Positions 4,487 to 6,058 of a DNA stretch of 6,058 nucleotides are shown piece after piece; the stretch's first letter is position 1; every line of letters begins with the position of its first letter. The DNA comes from a virus, in the IMG/VR virus record IMGVR_UViG_3300020041_000008, positions 1 to 6,058 of that record, one strand, 5' to 3'. The position numbers and the translations under genes were made by a program. A model generated the notes under the pieces. It worked only from the letters and a program-made list of their open reading frames with translations, did no database searches and was not told where the DNA came from.

Positions 4487-5743
4487 ATGGCTGTCCCTGT
4501 TGCTGCTGGTGCTTCTTTTGGTCAGGCGCTTGGTCAATCAGCTGCTTCCACCGGTACCACCGGTTTGATAACTGGCGCCCTCGGTCAGCTTTTCGGTGGC
4601 ATGAACGCCCGCCGCCAATGGCGCTATCAACAGAAACAAATGAAACTTCAGCAGCAGTATGCTCTTGAGCAAATGCAGAAGCAATCAGAACTTTCTTACG
4701 CTAATTGGCAAAAACAATTTGATTATGAAAACGCCTACAATGACCCTACGAAGGTTTTCGATCGCTATTTGAAGGCTGGTGTGACCCCTGCCGCCGTTTT
4801 AGGTTCCTCCGGTGTTGGCGTTAATGCTACCATGTCTGGCGGCTCTGCCCCTATGCCATCCGCTTCCGGTCCTTCGGGCGGTGCGCCTGTCGCCCCCGGT
4901 GGTTTTGCCACAGCTGACCCTACCGCTATCGCGCAGAATATGCTTGCGCATTCTACAATCGATCGCAATGACGCGGCTGCCAATCGTGATAATGCTGAAG
5001 CTGCCCTTATGAGAGGCAATACTCATAGCGCGGACTGGCGAAAGGAAATGGATGATTTGGAGAAGAAGTCTTTAGAACATCACATCGATAATGTTTCTGA
5101 ATTAATTCGCCTTAATCGCGCCTTGGCTGACATCCATGCAGCTGATGCTGAATACGCTGATCTTATGGCTACATATAAATTTCAAGATTTTGTTGCCATG
5201 TATTCGAAACACGTTGAGGAGGCAAATCAGATCAAGAAGTACAACGATAAATATTTTGATTCTATTTACGCCGCACAAATTGCTCGCGATTACGCAGCTG
5301 CCTACAATTCTGCCGCTACAGGCGACCTCGCGACCGCCGAGTTTAATATAGCCAAAGTTCGTTTGTCCGATCTTCGCGAGTGGTTTCGCCTCAATTGGGA
5401 GGCTGAAATTGAAGTCCCCCAGGTTACTGAATCAGGCAAGCCTACTGGTGAAACTGTTAAGTTAACCGGCCGTCAGATACACGAACATCTTATGAGTATG
5501 ACCGCCGCCAATGCGTCGCAAAGCCTTTCCGCTCAATGGTTTTCCAATCGATCAGAGAAGAATGCTTTTGGTTATTCGATGGCCCGCACGGCCCTTGCCG
5601 GTGCTCTAGCTATTGGCGGTGTAGCACTTACCAAAGGCGCTTCTGCTCCTGCTAGCTACGAGGAGATGCGAGATGTTTATGGCCCTTATGGAGATCAAAT
5701 TGGCGGTACGCACACCCGCCGCAGTTACTTTAGGAGAAATTGA
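4487..5743 (+). CDS. VP2: Minor capsid / DNA pilot protein (microvirus VP2, functional analogue of phiX174 H), 418 aa
   Basis: The N-terminus is Gly/Ala-rich and hydrophobic (MAVPVAAGASFGQALGQSAAS...). A Q/K-rich predicted helical stretch follows, then YLKAGVTPAAVLG (K96 at 4772), which resembles the ...KAAGLNP... motif I recall from gokushovirus VP2 proteins. There is an Ala/Gly-rich hydrophobic segment near the C-terminus. The size and the position after VP1 also fit. Confidence 0.82.
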   Translation: MAVPVAAGASFGQALGQSAASTGTTGLITGALGQLFGGMNARRQWRYQQKQMKLQQQYALEQMQKQSELSYANWQKQFDYENAYNDPTKVFDRYLKAGVTPAAVLGSSGVGVNATMSGGSAPMPSASGPSGGAPVAPGGFATADPTAIAQNMLAHSTIDRNDAAANRDNAEAALMRGNTHSADWRKEMDDLEKKSLEHHIDNVSELIRLNRALADIHAADAEYADLMATYKFQDFVAMYSKHVEEANQIKKYNDKYFDSIYAAQIARDYAAAYNSAATGDLATAEFNIAKVRLSDLREWFRLNWEAEIEVPQVTESGKPTGETVKLTGRQIHEHLMSMTAANASQSLSAQWFSNRSEKNAFGYSMARTALAGALAIGGVALTKGASAPASYEEMRDVYGPYGDQIGGTHTRRSYFRRN

Positions 5744-5766
5744 ACAATTCTTCTAACCTTTTAAAC

Positions 5767-5798
5767 TTTGTCGTTTGTTCTTTTTGGTTGTATCTTTG
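5767..5798 (+). promoter_or_regulatory. Candidate Bacteroidota-type promoter (-33 TTTG / -7 TAnnTTTG)
   Basis: TTTG at 5767..5770 and TATCTTTG at 5791..5798 are separated by 20 nt. They lie in the AT-rich 81-nt spacer between VP2 and the next ATG (5825). This is the only intergenic exact TAnnTTTG I found on the + strand. Confidence 0.4.
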
Positions 5799-5824
5799 TG
5801 TTGTAAACCAATAACTTCAATACT

Positions 5825-6058
5825 ATGAAAAAAGGAAGTAAAAATTTCAAGTCGGGCGATTTAATTATTGACATCCTCGATTACGCTTTTACCGAGTGGC
5901 TCGTCCGTCAAGGAATATTCGCCGCTTTTAAGGCAAACTATGATGTCGTCGCTCCGCCCTACAAGGGTTTTCGCGACCGTTTGCGCGACCATATTCGGCG
6001 TTCTCTTTGCAGCCCGGACTATGACCCGTCCTCCCTCATTTCCACCGCCTTCTTGTTC
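5825..6058 (+). CDS. 5' part of the junction-spanning hypothetical protein (runs off the window end; continues at 122..208 on the circle)
   Basis: ATG at 5825 is followed by 78 sense codons to the last base of the window with no stop. The reading continues in frame through the circular junction to TAA at 206..208. The full product is MKKGSKNFKSGDLIIDILDYAFTEWLVRQGIFAAFKANYDVVAPPYKGFRDRLRDHIRRSLCSPDYDPSSLISTAFLFNSTPEGYYFWLKHSDAWKLFYLKFQSSL. Confidence 0.6.
   Translation, partial: MKKGSKNFKSGDLIIDILDYAFTEWLVRQGIFAAFKANYDVVAPPYKGFRDRLRDHIRRSLCSPDYDPSSLISTAFLF
5938..6058. repeat. Terminal direct repeat, copy 2 (end overlap of a circular contig)
   Basis: Identical to 1..121. The window ends exactly where the identity ends. 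Confidence 0.97.

Larger units (their letters stand above)
1..5937 (+). other. One complete genome unit of a circular ssDNA microvirus (Microviridae, gokushovirus/alpavirus-like), arbitrarily linearised inside a gene
   Basis: There is an exact 121-nt overlap between the window ends. The gene complement is Rep (HUH), a major capsid protein of about 600 aa and a pilot protein, all on one strand and tightly packed. The size of about 5.9 kb fits the family. Confidence 0.9.

Noticed and set aside
1050-5351. Other same-strand nested ORFs (1050..1241, 1344..1583, 2085..2342, 3429..3728, 3882..4112, 4812..5012, 5136..5351; also 377..580 and 832..1017)
   Set aside because: The first seven are all in the +1 frame of their host gene, where third-position T/C bias suppresses stops and produces hydrophobic or Leu/Arg/Ser-rich pseudo-proteins. 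They are short, mostly start with non-ATG codons, and have no distinguishing features. 377..580 and 832..1017 are likewise short overlapping alternative-frame ORFs with no independent support.

Overview
This window is one complete, circularly permuted genome of a small ssDNA phage of the family Microviridae. It belongs to a non-phiX174 lineage (gokushovirus/alpavirus-like). The first 121 nt are repeated exactly at the end (1..121 = 5938..6058). The unique unit is therefore 5,937 nt, and the repeat is best read as the end overlap of an assembled circle.

All credible genes are on the + strand. In order they are:
- a junction-spanning 106-codon ORF that starts at 5825, runs off the window end and finishes at 208 (the linear ORF track missed it);
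- a 107-aa acidic ORF (220..543);
- a 240-nt structured, partly GC-rich intergenic region with several hairpins (about 589..766);
- a 66-aa basic ORF (786..986) whose stop overlaps the Rep start as TAATG;
- the rolling-circle Rep/VP4 (986..2056; HUH and YxxKYxxK motifs read directly);
- the major capsid protein VP1 (2060..3850);
- a 98-aa acidic ORF (3863..4159);
- a long imperfect hairpin followed by a T-run (4190..4267);
- a 63-aa ORF with a textbook lipoprotein signal and lipobox (4294..4485);
- the pilot/minor capsid protein VP2 (4487..5743).

None of the eight start codons has a Shine-Dalgarno sequence. The only AT-rich intergenic spacer carries a TTTG-N20-TAnnTTTG motif. Together these point to a Bacteroidota host.

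I see no rRNA, tRNA, CRISPR array, integrase or transposase. I do not see a large new multi-gene system, and the core is an ordinary microvirus. The points worth follow-up are the small lipoprotein as a candidate lysis or exclusion factor, the promoter-to-terminator two-ORF accessory cassette, the hairpin island as a candidate complementary-strand origin, and the small basic ORF coupled to Rep. Function calls for the small ORFs are inference only, because no homology search was possible.
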